From Eukaryota sp. GEM-RC1 (lineage: Eukaryota), in NCBI GenBank assembly GCA_040285855.1, contig JAUFOQ010000010.1:62001-126000 (forward strand): a DNA stretch of 64,000 nt, in the 5' to 3' direction. Positions 27,309 to 40,369 of the stretch are shown here, in pieces. The notes under the pieces were generated by a model. The model saw only the letters and a program-made list of their open reading frames with translations, had not been told where the DNA came from and searched no databases. The position numbers and the translations under genes are program-made. Numbering within the stretch: the stretch's first letter is position 1; each line of letters starts with the position of its first letter.

Positions 27309-28117
27309 TTTAAGAAGATGGGAGAGGAAGAAGAAAAACGGTTTGAACAACTAGACAGAGCCTTCTCTACTGTCAACTTATCTACAACATACATGTGAAA
27401 AACTTCAAGCTATCCAAGTAAACGAGATCTATACCCTTCGCTCTACTTCTAAAGTCAATGAGTTTTGAGATCCAGAACTCGGGTCCGCAATAAGGTACTT
27501 CAATGTCACTTACCCTGCCTTAATACTGGTCTCTCCTTATAACGGCCTAAGTATGTTTCTGTTTTTCTATCGGATTTGTGTAGCTTGATTGTTTGAACGC
27601 ACATCAATGGTTGACACCATACTCAGCTGCTGTTTTCTACTTCTACCCTTCACAAAGACGCTTCTGATAGTCTCATCATGTTTTCCTCTCTGTCTTATCA
27701 TCACATTAATACGTCTTTTTCAAGACATTTTAGCAATCTGTTAACATAGTCATCTTTTTCAATATCGATTCTGATTAAATAAATTGTTTTTTTCTTCTTT
27801 TTGTTTCGATACCACCGTGATGGTACACTTGAACACAATGTGAGACTTTTATTTGATTTTCTAGTTACAGCATTGTTTGAATCTATTATCAGCACTATAA
27901 GTGTGTGCTACAGTTTCAAAAATCTACCCAAATTCTCATTCAGATTTGTTGATCAAATAGGAGTCACTTATCAATGTTTGTATTATTTCTGGAATAAATT
28001 CATTTTCCACTAGATTTGACAGGGTTTTTAATTACATCAGAAAAGGAACTCAAGGTCTCAAAAAAAGATAATGGATTTTTGCAGTAACATATTTATACAT
28101 ATGTTTTTAGTAAAAAC

Positions 28118-29117
28118 CAGTGTTGTCAAATGCGCACTTTTTCCAGAAATGAAATGCGTCAAAATGCGCCAAATGCGCGCATTTCTGCGCATTTTGACGC
28201 ATTTTGGCTGAATGCGCGCATTTTACGTGCGCATTTTGATTTAGAACTTGAGACACCCCATAAATAAAAATCTTTTTCGTCATACTGATACATGTACTCG
28301 TAATTCTCTATATGCCATACCCGTTTCGAGATGTATCAAAATCCCACATCATTTGGCATCACGCCACAAATATATACCAACCTCCTTCCAAAGGTTCTGT
28401 TGTATCAGAAGCTACAGTTCGTTGTCATCATTCAGTCCGTCACTGGAACTAATAGTTTGAAACAACACTTTGTACCGGGGACGACGTAATGTTTTCTTGT
28501 TCAAAACTGTGTTCAGAACTCGTTGAAAGTATTTAAGCTGAGTTGAGAGCTCGAAAACGCACATCCTCTTCTCATTGACCAATCTCATTAAACAACTGTT
28601 ACTGTTGATCACATACTCTATACAGAAAATGTGTTTCAACTTTAAGGACAAACAGTGGACGTTGGTGTCTTAATAAATGGTCTTTAAACCATATTTCGTT
28701 CAGTATTTTATACAATATTAACCGTTTATGGTTTTGTATCGATTTACAATGTTCGTACATATGGGTAAAACAGACTTTTGATCAAAAGTTTTGGTTGAAT
28801 CCCACTAACTTCACAGATTTTGAACCGATTCACATTGTGATATCAAGAGAATGTTCATTGAATTGTGTACGATACAGTTTTGCATTTTGTTCAACGAAAG
28901 AGGTACTGCAAAACACTGTTTTGAGATCAACATCACTGTTATTGTATATAGAGATCTATACAGAAGCACAGCAAAAAAAAAATCAAAAAAAAAATCTCAA
29001 AGTCAAAATGCGCAAGATCACAAAATCCCAAATGCGTAAAAGGCGTCAAAATGCGTCAAATGCGCCAAATGCGCGCATTTGACGCATTTGGCGCATTTCT
29101 GAAAATTGATAACACTG
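28118..29117. mobile_element. Non-autonomous hAT element, 1000 bp
   Basis: Ends CAGTGTTGTCAA / TTGATAACACTG; perfect TSD gtaaaaac (28110-28117, 29118-29125); dense AAATGCG subterminal repeats. Confidence 0.93.
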
Positions 29118-29125
29118 GTAAAAAC

Positions 29126-29330
29126 ACTAACATTTGATATCATTAAAACAGCACCCTATCAAATCTTACAACAGCTTTGCCCTCATAAAAGGAAACTCAC
29201 AGCTAGTAAAGCTTTGGAGATGATTAGGGAATATTTTTAAACATAGTAAACACGATACGATTCAACCAGAACATATGATCAAAACGTTTGTTCATCCTAA
29301 TTTTTACGACTTTTCCGAAATCGTTTAAAA
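29126..29330 (-). mobile_element. 3' fragment of RLE retroelement
   Basis: Reverse strand resembles the WLNRIVFT...CCFNDI C-terminus of the 42-43 kb element. Confidence 0.65.
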
Positions 29331-31876
29331 AATTCAATGCACTTTTTATAAACGTCCATAAAGTGAAACAGCAAAAGGGCATAATTCGTATTCAACAAGT
29401 GTTACCTGTTTTAATGCCATCGATTTTTTCTTGTACTTATCCTATTTGGCTTGTTCAGAATTGTCTAAAGGGGATGTTTCAGAATTATCTCTCTTTAAGG
29501 ACGTCTTTCTACAAACATCCACAGACACAACACCGACAACTTAAATTTTGTCTGAAGAATAACAACAACATCTGATCATCGCTTACCATAAAAAACATTC
29601 TGTCTTTGGTCATTAACATTATTTAATTCTACAGATTTTAGAAGTGGTTCAAGAAAAGATTCTATTTTGTTGGACTTAGACAACACTGCACTTGATAATT
29701 TTCCCTCTTGACGAACACGCAAATGACAAGTTTGCGATGTTTGTAAGACAGAAGACTCATATTAAATAACTGTACTTTGTCACAAGTCGTCATCACCATT
29801 TTAGATCTCATTACAAACACAAGTTCTAAGTTAAAAACGTACTTCTAAGTTAACAACGTTAAGTAGTTCAACTGAGTGTGGCTGAGATTATCCCTACACT
29901 GACAAATGTGTTGAACAGCTTTCAGTTGAAATTAGTGTGTACCATAAATAACTCAGTCTGAGAGGTAAGTGTTGCCTAAAGGCAAAGAAAGAAGATTTAG
30001 AAAGAAAACAAAGTCTATTCTACATACCTGTAATACAACATAAGTTAAATAATTCAGACCTTTTAAACTAATGTTTTGAACCTTGAGAGACATGGGAGGT
30101 AATCGAACTGAAGATCCTGAGCGTCTTACAAGATATCTGCGATGGAAGTTCAAAAATGATCTTTGGTTCTTTCTGTCTTCCTTTAACCTCAACCCATATA
30201 TTCTCTTGAAAGAGAGATCTACATTGAACTTCTTATTCATTTATGAGCTCGCTATCATTGTTTCACACACTTCCTCGAGGATCCCCACCAGTATCCTTGT
30301 TCCTCTTCAGTCCGTCTACTGATGACGTTTGTCTTCTTTCCCAATCCAGAAAGGAGACAGTCCTCTAATTGAGTCTCTTCTTACAACAACTTTTTCATAG
30401 GGAATTTCTGTTCTGTTGTTTTTCCGTGTATTTTTAAGTGATTCAGTTCAGTGACGGAAGAAATTTCTATGACGTTGAATTTTCCTTTTAAAATTTGTAG
30501 ACTTTGAAAATTGTTCATGAATTCCCAATAACCTGAATATTATATTTTGTCTCATCATTAAAGGCTAAAATAATGCCGTTCACTTTGATTCCTTTTTATT
30601 CCCAACCTTAATCACGTCACCTTTTTTTTATATGGGATTTTTTAAATTAGAAATACTTTGAATACTTTGAAATAGTCTCTCAAATTGTATTCAAGAGTTC
30701 CAGTACTGTTTGCTATACTATTGAAGTTCACATTTCCAATTGTCCAAGACACGTGTTTAAAAACCCCAGTTTAAAACAGTAGTATTTAATGACCAAATAA
30801 TTTCTGGAACTTAAGCTCATTTTCCCTGTTAGATGACAAACTATTACCATCAATTTTAAAAATTGTGATGATCTACCATTGTTAGAAGAACTATATGGTT
30901 AGCACTCACAAGCCACTCGTCATTGGTGACATCATCGAAGACTTGGTAAAGGCGACTCTTTGAAAAGCAGGATTGTGTGTGAATAAACACGTGTTGACAA
31001 CAATACTGGCTCTAAGTGGCATTCAACTCGGTGTTTGTGTGAGATCTTTGATCGAACTTTAGCCATCAAATGAAGAAATATAGTGGTGCACAAAGTTTCA
31101 ATAAACCAATCGGTAACAGCAACACTTGTACCAGTTGACCACAACATTGACCACAACCTAGATAATGAAGAACAAAATGTCCCCTTATGATCAGAAATAT
31201 TTGGTCAACAACTCGTGGCAATTGCCACGTGGCAAACAAAGGGTCAACTAGTGCACGTGACAAAAAAAAATGACGGTAGCACCTGCCTATTCCCCTCTCT
31301 GACTGTCATCATCACCGCTGATCACGTCATCATCTACCTCTTTGTTTTGTGGATTAATTTTGAATTCGAACATAGCATTGAACAACTTTACAATAAAATT
31401 AATTTTAAAATAATAAAGAACGCCTTTAAAAACATACTGATAAATTCAATAATTACATACTGTTACAGTCTTTACAACAATTAGTCTGAATCAGAGTACT
31501 AATGAATCTTCATATTTAGCCTGAACAACATAAATAATGAACTACATTGTATATTCCATACTCATCAAGTCTTTTTAAGTCTTGCCTAATTGTTGTGAAT
31601 CGACTGTTCCACATATAAAAATGCAATCGTGTGCAGTTGATTTCGAAAAATCAGATCCTTTATCAACATATACTAATATTTTAAAATTCTAGAAAATGTA
31701 ATATGCAACATTCTTCCCTACCAGCTTTCCAGTTCTCCTTGTATAAAAATAAACTAACACTTGAAAATGATTCTATCAAGAACAAACAAAAAATAGAACT
31801 AATTCGAAAAACAAATAAATGCCTTGACATTTCCATTTCTAATTTCAGTGAATTTTGATTGAATCTAAGTTTCCCA

Positions 31877-32290
31877 TTAATTTCCAATTTTTAAACCTAA
31901 TAATTGGACCACGAAAATATAGGGAATATGTGGACTACCGATAAGCAATACAGCTAATTGAAAATTGTGGTTTTTGGAATATTTCGAAATGTTAAGACTT
32001 ATCATAACATCACCAAATATTTTTAATACCAAATGAAGAGCTGCTTCTTGTTGAGACTCCCTGTAACCTATAACTTTAAATATCTTCAAAACACCATCAT
32101 AATTAGAGCGATTACGATGTTCAGCCTTTTCCAAATGACCATTTGAATCATTCAAAGTGGAGTGTTTGTAGACTTTTGCAAACGGGTCAACTGTAGTAAA
32201 ATTAACTTGAAAGGAATCCAAAAAGGGAGCAATTAGATCACCACGCCAAGAATCAATCAATTCTAAGACATACAGAGTGGAATATTCGTT
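31877..32290 (-). mobile_element. RLE endonuclease fragment of a non-LTR retroelement
   Basis: WRGDLIAP...NFTTVDP...LEKAE...Y pattern of the restriction-like nuclease domain. Confidence 0.55.
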
Positions 32291-32995
32291 GCAAGAATAA
32301 ACTTAGTAATATCATCAAAGTGCATTTAGCATTCATCTTCAGGCTTGAATATCTGATTGAACATCGAAATATACTACTTTTTTCGAAAATGGTGGGTGAT
32401 TTCTGAAAAAATCGTTCTAGTTGCTTAGTACAATTTCAGTAAACAAACGAAAGAGGTCAAATTCAATCAGTATTTAAAAAAAAATAAAAATTTCGTCAAC
32501 TTTTTAATTTTTTCCTTTTATGGCTGAGCTCAATTACTAATCTATGAGCTCGGAAGTAACTTTTCAGAGCATGCTTCTACATTCCTTCAACATTGTTTCT
32601 TCTCCTTTAAAGGTGTTCTTGTTTTGTATCTATATTGATGTCGTTTTAATGCTTTCTAGGATAATATTCTTAAAAATGCCAGACAACGAATAAATCAAAA
32701 GTTAACAGTTTAACTCTTGAAAAAATTCCCAACATTGGTAAAAACTATTTTCAATTGCAATTTTTTGTCCCAACATTCTCTGTTTACTTATTTAAACATA
32801 TAAATTTCATTCCTTTACGAACACATAACAATACTACTAGTAGCTCAGAAAGTAAAACAATAATCACAAATTTTTAATTAATCATAAACTCAAAAAATCA
32901 ATAAATTATGCAGAAATATTCACAAAGACGATCCACAAAAACTCAATAAAGTCTAACTAAAACCTCTTCACTCCTTGAACCAATCACGTCATCAA

Positions 32996-34040
32996 TCACG
33001 TCTCCCACGGATCAGTCATATCTGGATAAACTGCTTTAACAGCTTCCATTTCCCTAACAAACTGATCAAATTCCTCTTCAACTAACCCCGCTAGTTCTGG
33101 TACTGAAGCCCTTACCTTCTTGTCATTCTCTTCGTGATCATGTTCCCATGGAGCTTTTGTCTTCTTTCGATGAGGACATTGCCAAGGTCGATGATCAAAC
33201 TGACCGCAATGAAGACATTCTTGAGTTTCATCTTCTTTAAGAGTACCGTTCAATTGAGCTAACATCCTTAATTGAGTTTTCTTATGTTCGTTCTCATCAT
33301 CTGGAATTGGAACCAACAGCTGCTCAATGCGTGTTGCAGCCGTGTTAAGAGCCCATTGGGAATCAGCCTCGAGTCTAACATGAAGATCTTCATCATCACC
33401 AGCTTGCGGTCTAATCCTTCCCCCTTCCAGCCTTCGTACTGCCCTTACCTCTAATCATTATCTTACACCCAGTCTCAGTTTCCAACTTCTTCAACGACTC
33501 TCCTCTAGGCCCAATCAAAAGACCAACGAAGTTAATCTCAGGGTGGTCTTCTTGGGGAATGGCAATCTTAGTAGTGTATTTGTTTGACGAAGGACACCAG
33601 TCTGAAGGCGGGTGGAACATTGGGTTAGTACGGAGAGCGTCCTCTATGATGGCATCTCTACTGCTTCGAATGTCCTTTCTTTCATTAGGGGCACGGGTTT
33701 CCAGCATTTCTTTGTGGAGAGCGTGGACTGTAAGGGTGGTGAGTCTGGCTTTTAGGGCGAGAGTTGCCATATCAGCGGCTTCTAGTGTTGCTTTGAAACC
33801 TCTGGGGACTTGAACAACAGAGTCGTCTGAGAAGCGAGAGAATTCACGTTTTTGTCTGCTTCTTGTAGGAGGTGGAGGTGGTAATGGCATGTCTGGAGGC
33901 GGGGGAGCGGGAATGTCTGAAGAACTGGGAGGTGGAGGTATTGTGGAAGGTGGAGGAGGCACCATAGACGGTGGAGGAGGAGGAATGTCATCCATTGGTG
34001 GTGGTGGATAGTCCATTGGTGGTGGTGGTGGATGCTCCAT
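32996..34040 (-). CDS. SF1: Splicing factor 1 / branchpoint-binding protein
   Basis: KH domain (HPEINFVGLLIGPRGESLKKLETETGCKIMIRGKGS), QUA2 (NEHKKTQLRMLAQLNGTL), CCHC knuckle, Pro-rich N-terminus. One frameshift at C5 33420-33424. Confidence 0.93.
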
Positions 34041-34119
34041 TAAGATATTGGTGTCTGAGTATAGCTTTTTTGAGAAAAACTGTTTTTCTTGGAAACGATT
34101 CTTCATCTTCTCTTGTGTC

Positions 34120-36087
34120 ATGCCTGGATCACCTGATTCAGAGGGTCGAGTTCGGGTCTGCATTCGCCCTAGACCACTTACATCTGAAGAAACAAAACAC
34201 GGTTCATGTCTTTCTCTAACTGACAACTCCATTACCATTCAAAACAACAACTCAAAAGCACACCATTCCACCATTAAACAATTCCATTTCGACTCAGTTT
34301 TCTCAACAAACACTTCACAAGAAGATGTTTACGATACAGTTGCTCATCCCATTATATCTGATGCTCTCAAAGGTTACAATGGTACAATTCTAGCTTATGG
34401 ACAAGTATCTCCTTCTTCTCAACTCATCATAGACTGGAAGTGGAAAGACCCATACCATGGCCAACTTCAACAACCACACCCCTGGTACACCCCCGGTATC
34501 ATCCCCCGCTGCCTCTCTCAGATTTTCTCTTCAATTGCTGGGGATACTGATCATTCTTATAGCATCTCTGTTTCTTATCTTCAACTGTACATGGAAGTTC
34601 TATCTGATCTTATATACCCAGAATCTCAAGGAATTGTTATAAGAGAAGATCCAGATGAAGGCGTGTTTCTTCAAAACACCGCTAGAATCTCCGTGACTTC
34701 CCTCGACCAATGTATTGACTTACTTGAAAGCGGTAACAAGAATAGAGTCACCGCTGGCCATGACTTGAACCAACAGTCTTCTAGATCTCACGCTATAGCG
34801 ATAGTGTATCTAGAAAAAGATCTAGAACAAGTAATGACAAGTCAGTTGTTCACTCTAAACTGTTTTTAGTTGATTTGGCTGGGTCAGAAAGAATCAAGAA
34901 GACTAACGTGACTGGATTGAGGGAAGGAAGAGGCAAAAGCAATCAATTTGTCGTTGTATGCACTTGGAAATGTTGTTTCTGCTCTTGCTGATGTGACATC
35001 ACGTCATGTACCGTATAGAAGCTCAAAATTAACGAGACTTTTGATGAATTCTCTTGGAGGGAATTCTCGAACAGTTTTGGTTTGTTGTATTTCTCCATCA
35101 GCTTTAAATTTTGATGAAACTTTAAATACTTTAAGATTTGCAGATCGCGCATCACGTGTGAAAGTTGAAGTTCGACGAAATATTGCGATTGATTATAGAG
35201 CTCTTGCCGGTCAGCTTCAAGCTCAACTTGATTTGAAAGACGAAGAGCTTAATCAGCTCAGAATGAAGCTCAGTGGGTCACACTCAATTAATGAAGATGA
35301 CGATAAGAGTCAATCAAAAATGATTGATAGGATTATGGCCTTAGAACAAGCTTTGGAACGTGCGGACCAGCGCAATCACCACTATGAACGTGAAATCAGC
35401 AGATTGCTCAATCAACGCGAAACTAGCCCATCAAATTTGATTGGCGACGAACTAATCGCTGATGACGGTATTGATTGGAAAAAACGTGCTCTTTCCTTAG
35501 AAGAAGAGCTCAAAAGAGCTGATCATGAGCTTTGTAACACAACTAAAGCTTTACGTGAGACTCAGTCCAATGTTTCTAAACAATTAGGCGTTATTAATGC
35601 TTATAATAGACTAGTGTCAAATGCCACTTTTGGTGGACTTTATTATCAAGAGGAGAGGCTTAATATAACTTCAATTTCAGCTGATGAGTGGGCTTCGAAA
35701 TTAGAGGAAAATGATGACGTTTTGATTGGAGATGATGACGTGATGGTTAATGATGACGTAATGTTTGATAAGTTGTTTGATTGTGATCATGATGATGTGT
35801 CGGATTTGATTGATGACGTCGATATGTCAGAGGTTTCCAGTGAAAAAATTAAGTCGTTACTTTTGCAGCTTTATGGGAAAATTTCAAATGTTTCTGAAGA
35901 TTTAAAAACTTTAAATGTTGAAGTTTCGAATGCAAAGGCTGCTGAGAATTCTGCTCTGATGGCTGTTGAGCAATTGACTCTGCAGTTAAGTAAAATGGGG
36001 AATTCTAGAAGTGAAAATGTTGGATCTAGTGGAAAAGTTTCAAAATTTCAAGGAATTAACGCTTTGAAAAATTTATCAAAAAACTGA
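34120..36087 (+). CDS. N-terminal motor kinesin with coiled-coil tail
   Basis: [54 protein letters not shown]. One intron plus three homopolymer frameshifts. Confidence 0.93.
34405..34432 (+). other. 28-nt spliceosomal intron
   Basis: gtatctccttcttctcaactcatcatag; removal restores the P-loop GQTGSGKT. Confidence 0.92.
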
Positions 36088-36599
36088 ATTTAATTTTTTC
36101 AATTTTGTTGTATTATATCGGTCTAATTATTGCGTGTTTTAATGTTTGTTCAAATTTTCCTGTGAAGTTGTGGTAATTCAAATTAATCTTTCTTCACTTC
36201 ACAATTGTTATTCAATTCAAAAGTCTTTTGTTATTACAGTTACATCTTTGTACAATGTACATGTATTTCATTTGTAAGGTTATCAATTTTGTGAATTTCT
36301 CTTTTTATGTCAATTCATTGTTTGACCTTTATGTCCCCCAGTTTTTTTGAATAATTAGAAATAATTAATATTGACTTATTATAAACATGTAATATCTGTG
36401 TAATTCACTTTGATTTCGTATTGAGAGATTCTTAGTACAATGTATAATAAATTTGAAGACTGTATTGACGGCCACTAATTGGCAGCAACTAATCATCGTA
36501 AGTGGTATAATTCCCAAAACAACAACACAGAAATCGTTCCAATGAATGGAACTCTTGATAAAACAATTGTTCTTCGGTTTGTAAGCAAAACCAAACACC

Positions 36600-37950
36600 A
36601 TGACTCATCCTAAATTCCCTCTGAAGAGTAGTCGTGCGTCAGATGATACTCCATCAACTACTGACAGTGATGTGTCTTTTGCCTCGTCGATTAAACAAGG
36701 ATCGTTTTCTGGTATCTCCTCCCTCATACCTAACTCTGATACACTTCCCTCAACTCTAGCATCCTACAATCTTGCTCCAAAGTGCTTACGTCCTCAGCCG
36801 TCCTTGTTGGTTGTGATCAATGTCCACATGTTGAACCTTATTTTAGACCATTCCCTTGAAGTGGATTCCACACCTTGTCTATCTTACCTGCGTTTGACGA
36901 ACGAGTTGCCAGTTTTCTTTAAGAAAGTCGGTTATGTGAGTGATAGTTTCTTTGAATCCGCACTGTTATCAACCAAGGTGTTTCTGGAAACAAACACGTT
37001 CCATGTTATTCCTAAAGACCTTCCTCAAATCTGTTCATTTGCTTCTTTCTTTAGAGCAGAGGTGCAATCTGTTTTCTTACACGTTGACGGGCCCTTTAAA
37101 GCTGATGAGATTCTAAGTTATTCTAAAGTAATTTCTGGATTGGAATTAAAATTAGAAAATAACAATGATTTGGAATTTCTGAACAAAGCTGCTTTGCTGT
37201 GTCCTCGTCTTAAACAACTTTTTTTTTGTGATCGCATTTCCTTCTGTTTCTATCACATCATTTATCGAAAATTTAAATATTAATTCTAAAATTACCAGTA
37301 TTGATCTGAGTGCCAACTTTGTTGAAGATGAAGGTGTTGTAGCATTGACGGATGTGTTGAAAGTTAACACGACAATTACAAGTATTGATCTCGGCAACAA
37401 TTCCATTGGAGTCGCAGGTGCTAGAGCTTTGGCAGAGGCGTTAAAAGTTAATTTAACGATTACCTGTATTGAGATGAGTGGAAACTCTATTGGAGAAGAA
37501 GGTGCAAAGGAATTGGCAGAAGCGTTAAAGGTTAATTCTACAATTACAAGTGTTGACCTAAGTGAAAATTTCCTGGGAGATGAAGGTGCAAAGGAATTGG
37601 CAGAGGCCTTAAAGGTTAATGCCACAGTTACAGCTATTAGAATGAGTGGAAATTCCATTGGAGATGAAGGTGCAAGAGAATTGGCAGATGCGTTAAAGGT
37701 TAATGCTATTGTTAATTGTGTTGATTTGAGTGAAAACTTTATCGGAGATGAAGGTGCTGAAGCTTTGGCAGATACATTGAAAATCAATTCTAAAATGACG
37801 AGTATTAATCTGAGGGAAAACTATATTGGAGATGAAGGCGCTGAAGCTTTGGTAGAAGCGTTGAAAGTTCGAAATTTTAAAAATTCTTTTTTGACTGAGA
37901 TTTTTCTTGATCTAAATTCTGATGAAGATGAAGGATCTAGCTCGAATTAA
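36600..37950 (+). CDS. RNI-like (NLRC3-type) leucine-rich-repeat protein with lineage-specific N-terminal domain
   Basis: About seven 28-aa repeats LKVNxTITSxDLSxNxIGDEGAxxLAEA; ORFs 36600-37283 and 37228-37950 joined at T9 (37219-37227). Confidence 0.88.
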
Positions 37951-38686
37951 TTAAGTTGTTTCACGTCGTCTTAGCTTATTTTTAAATAATTAAAATATTT
38001 GTATTCAATTGAGTACTCAATGTTGATTTTTGTATTCTCAAAATAATTTATCTTCTTTGAGTTTCTGTGATAGAGCAGTCAATTCATTTATCTTTATCAA
38101 ATTCCTACCTATAACTTCTGTAGAAGCTTTGGTTTCTACCACTAGCATTCTAGTTGGTAAATTAGTTACTTTTTCTCAAAAAAACCACACTGGAACTGGA
38201 ACGAGGAACTTTTTGGAATTAAACACTTTACACTTCAGGATTTTGAAGAACTCTGTAAAGAAAGGAATCGTAAGTTTAGTATGGCTGATTGGAAAAACCG
38301 TATAGTGTTTTCCATATATCGGAATATGCCTTTCTATTTCTCTCGATTAATTGAGAAATTGTACAAGTTTGGTGTGAAGGTTAATGTTGATAAACGTAAT
38401 CTTTTACCGGGTGGTGATGAAGTCTTTTGGATTTAATCTTAGTATTATTTGATTGTTATCACAAACTCTTCTTTTTGTAGGAATGTTAGCTTTTTAGACA
38501 CATACCGAATTAACAGACTTTCTCTAGCAACTATAAATAGAATACAATCATACCATCGTCTTTACTTGGATAACGACGATAATCCAAATAAAAGATACAC
38601 TTAATAATAATACATTTATTTATTTAATCCAGACACAAATTTATTCAATCACCCAACATATTAAAATTTTTAAATTTCATAGTCCT

Positions 38687-40314
38687 TTACAATTTTGACG
38701 GTGACAAATAACTGGAAAAATCAACCTCGACTTTTGGAATATTCTCAATCAGAATCTCTTCATAGCTTGATCCCTTTTTTGACCTATACTTTCGACACTT
38801 TGCTTCGAGTGCAGAGATTTGCTTCTTCAAACTTTCGTTTTCTTTTTGGACTTCAATCAGTTTTGATCTAGTTTCCTCAAATTCAAGTGATTGTGCTCTT
38901 TCAGAAAGAAGCTCAGAATCTAAATTTTTCATTCGTAACTCCAGAGACTTTCGTTGACTTTCAAGAGTTTCCCGCTCAGAATTCCAATATTCACGTGCTT
39001 TTTCATAAAGGAACTTATCACTATTAGTTGAAGCTAATTCCTCTTTCAAAAACTCTATTTGGCTTAAAAGTTTAGATCTAGAGTCACCATCAGACTCCAA
39101 AGACAAACTAGAAGCCAGACTAGACATCAACTGAGCCTTGGGTGGTGTACTTGTCCGGTCTTGAGAAGTCAATGGACTTTCTTGAGAAGTCAATGGACTT
39201 TTGGACTTGGATTGAGGAGGAGAATCGTCAGTTTTTAAAAATTTAGACAATAGATACCTACTGCGTTGTTCCGCTTTTAATCTAAGTTCTTCGGAAGTCA
39301 GATATTCCATTCTTGCAGCTTGAAGCTCAATTTTTAATTTTTCAAATAATTCAGAATTATCTGAAGATGTGGAATTTTTCATTTCGGTCATTGATTGCCG
39401 TAGTTTTGCTAGTTTAGTCGCAAGAGTTGCTACTTCATGGGACAATCGGATAGACTTTTCTTCAGAATTATTTAATTTTTGTGAAAGATCTTTGAATTTT
39501 TGACTAGAAACAATAAGTAGATCTTGGTTCTTTTCGAGTTTTTCAGCCAAATGTGTCAGTTTTTGCAATAAATTTAAATTTTCCTTTTCCAGTTCGCCAC
39601 AAACCTGCAGTAATTCCTCTTTTCATGAAACAACAATTGAACCTGATCACTCAATTTTTCAGCAAGGTCGTCATTACTTTCAGAATATTTAAATTTTTGA
39701 TTTCTTTGCTCCTTGAGCTGATTTTTAAGCTTTTTATTTTGATCCTCCAAATCTTTCACTCGTTGATTAAGACCAACAATATGAGATGAATCAAAATTGA
39801 ATTTTGGATCATCCGCGAGTGGTTTTGATTCCTGAACTTGTGACTGTCTGGGTACGTGAGCAATCTCACGAGACAACTTTCCTATTTCAGCTTGAAGACG
39901 GTCGTTTTCTTTCTTTAAATCTGACATCATCACGAGTTGACACGTGTCAGAAGCGTCGACAGACATCTGTGAGGGTGACGTTTGATAAGATCGTTCTAAT
40001 TCTAACTCCAACTGATGGATCTGAGAATGAAGTTGGGCAACTAGCGAAGGATCTGGGGTAGGTTCATTGACAGAGTCAACCACGGGAGTTTGGCAGGAAA
40101 TGGAAGGTTTAGGAGATGAATGAGGAGATGGGGATGGAAAAGATGGTTGGGAATCAAGTTTGTGCTGTAGAGCATCGTTATCACGTTGAAGGATCTGGAT
40201 AACACAACGAAGAGTATCTAGGGAATGGTTGAGATTTGATAGTTCAGATTCACGGAGTTCTAGTGTGGATTGCAGATCTTGTAAAAGAGGTTGACATAGA
40301 CGACAAGGATTCAT
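38687..40314 (-). CDS. Long coiled-coil protein of unknown function
   Basis: Two heptad-rich ORFs joined by a 1-nt shift at T4 39620-39623; likely start MNPCRLCQ. Confidence 0.75.
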
Positions 40315-40369
40315 TGGAGAAAGACCAATCCAGAGTGTTTTGACAAGTCTGTTTACTTGTCTACTTCTT

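Noticed and set aside
34041..34238. Overlapping SF1/kinesin coding regions suggested by the ORF track (likewise 40340-40536)
   Set aside because: The extensions are antisense to the neighbouring gene's coding sequence; downstream ATGs give non-overlapping genes.
34831..34869. Second kinesin intron (gtaatg...ttttag)
   Set aside because: Removing it deletes the conserved SKLFLV strand and does not restore DLAGSE; +1 A at 34814-34818 does.
37152..37787. 211-aa minus-strand ORF and similar antisense ORFs (26100, 26851, 33559, 48748, 49219, 59161)
   Set aside because: Shadows of real genes or transposase remnants on the opposite strand; no independent motifs.
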